From NCBI GenBank assembly GCA_001179505.1, contig CDMY01000831.1:124001-188000 (forward strand): a stretch of DNA of 64,000 bases. The letters are read 5' to 3'. A model generated the notes under the pieces. The model did no database searches and was not told the origin of the DNA. It saw only the letters and a list, made by a program, of their open reading frames with translations. The translations under genes and the position numbers were made by a program. The DNA comes from Vitrella brassicaformis CCMP3155. Its lineage: Eukaryota; Protista; Chromerida. Shown here in pieces: positions 63,347 through 64,000 of the stretch (positions are counted from its first letter, which is position 1; the number at the start of each line of letters is the position of its first letter).

Positions 63347-63994
63347 ATGGTGCTCACCCTGGTGCTGGTGATGAGCTTGATGTGTTCGCCGGGGATTGCA
63401 ACACGCGAAGGCTTCGATGAGGAATCACCAGACGCCTGCCCGGCCATCAACTCCGGCTCTCTGGACGGCATCGTTGAGCGGCTGACTCGCGTGGACGACC
63501 ACCTGGGCGGCCTGGCGAGCACTTTGGAGCAGGAGCGGGCCAGCATGAAGCAGCAGCTGACCAGTGTCCGACATGAGCTCACACAGGACCTGCGCAAGGC
63601 GGGTCAAGAATTGGAGCGATTCCGGCGGCTCCAACGACACGCTTCACCATTCCAGAGTGACGAAATTGCTGTTCAGAGAGGGCTTGCAGGGCTGCTGTTT
63701 TGGTGCCTCTTCCCCTTTTTTGTCCTGTTTTCCTACTACTGCGACCTGTACTTCTCCTCGCCGAGCGGCAGTCACGGTCAAGGTCACCTCACGTATGTGG
63801 AGAACTCGCTGTGGTTCGTCGGGGTTGCCGCCCTCTGCGTTCCTCTGTCGTACGTGGCACACCCGCCCTGGCTCTTCCGGTGGACCCTGGCGGCCATGGC
63901 CATGTGTCTTCTGTACATCGTGACCTTCAAGCACGACATCCAGTGCAAGGCCTGCGCACACACGAGGGCGGCGCCAAATGCGAAGCAGTCCTAG
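63347..63994 (+). CDS. TM/signal - coiled-coil - multi-TM hypothetical protein (start may extend upstream to an acceptor at ~63252)
   Basis: MVLTLVLVMSLMCSPGIA, heptad region LTRVDDHLGGLASTLEQERASMKQQL, then about 3 hydrophobic helices. Stop at 63992-63994. Confidence 0.7.
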   Translation: MVLTLVLVMSLMCSPGIATREGFDEESPDACPAINSGSLDGIVERLTRVDDHLGGLASTLEQERASMKQQLTSVRHELTQDLRKAGQELERFRRLQRHASPFQSDEIAVQRGLAGLLFWCLFPFFVLFSYYCDLYFSSPSGSHGQGHLTYVENSLWFVGVAALCVPLSYVAHPPWLFRWTLAAMAMCLLYIVTFKHDIQCKACAHTRAAPNAKQS

Positions 63995-64000
63995 TGAGAA

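Noticed and set aside
1-64000. Numerous long antisense or alternate-frame ORFs (e.g. 15419-16606 -, 53001-53543 -, 31411-31860 +) and CVCVCV/THTHTH-rich ORFs
   Set aside because: They are shadows of real genes in GC-rich DNA or read-through of intronic GT/CA microsatellites, with no recognisable motifs.

Overview
Gene-dense, GC-rich eukaryotic DNA with many short introns full of (GT)n/(CA)n/(TCTG)n/(GATG)n microsatellites and five 300-N assembly gaps. The style and gene families suggest the chromerid alga Vitrella brassicaformis, a free-living relative of Apicomplexa. This is an inference and was not checked against a database. Conserved genes recognised from spliced motifs: TBCD (5'-truncated), CSE1/exportin-2, a ZFAND1-like AN1 zinc-finger protein, a haemolysin-III/PAQR protein, the ERD2 KDEL receptor, a divergent PRPP-synthetase-like protein, NOC4, a PLAC8 protein and a DHCR7/DWF5-type sterol reductase. 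Lineage-specific material lies between them: a frameshifted ankyrin-family gene, a small CxxCH protein, a secreted PAN/apple protein with collagen-like and WAP-like segments, a decayed ubiquitin-like/OTU gene, an F-box-like gene, a MORN-repeat gene with an internal stop, a signal-peptide-bearing importin-alpha-like ARM protein, a non-LTR retrotransposon remnant and a divergent pair of TM-coiled-coil-TM genes. The most unusual structure is a ~10 kb ankyrin/coiled-coil/RING cassette built from two tandem copies of an unnamed domain, bracketed by ~135 bp direct repeats and sitting between the convergent PRPS-like and NOC4 genes. Exon boundaries were inferred by eye and gene ends are approximate where stated.
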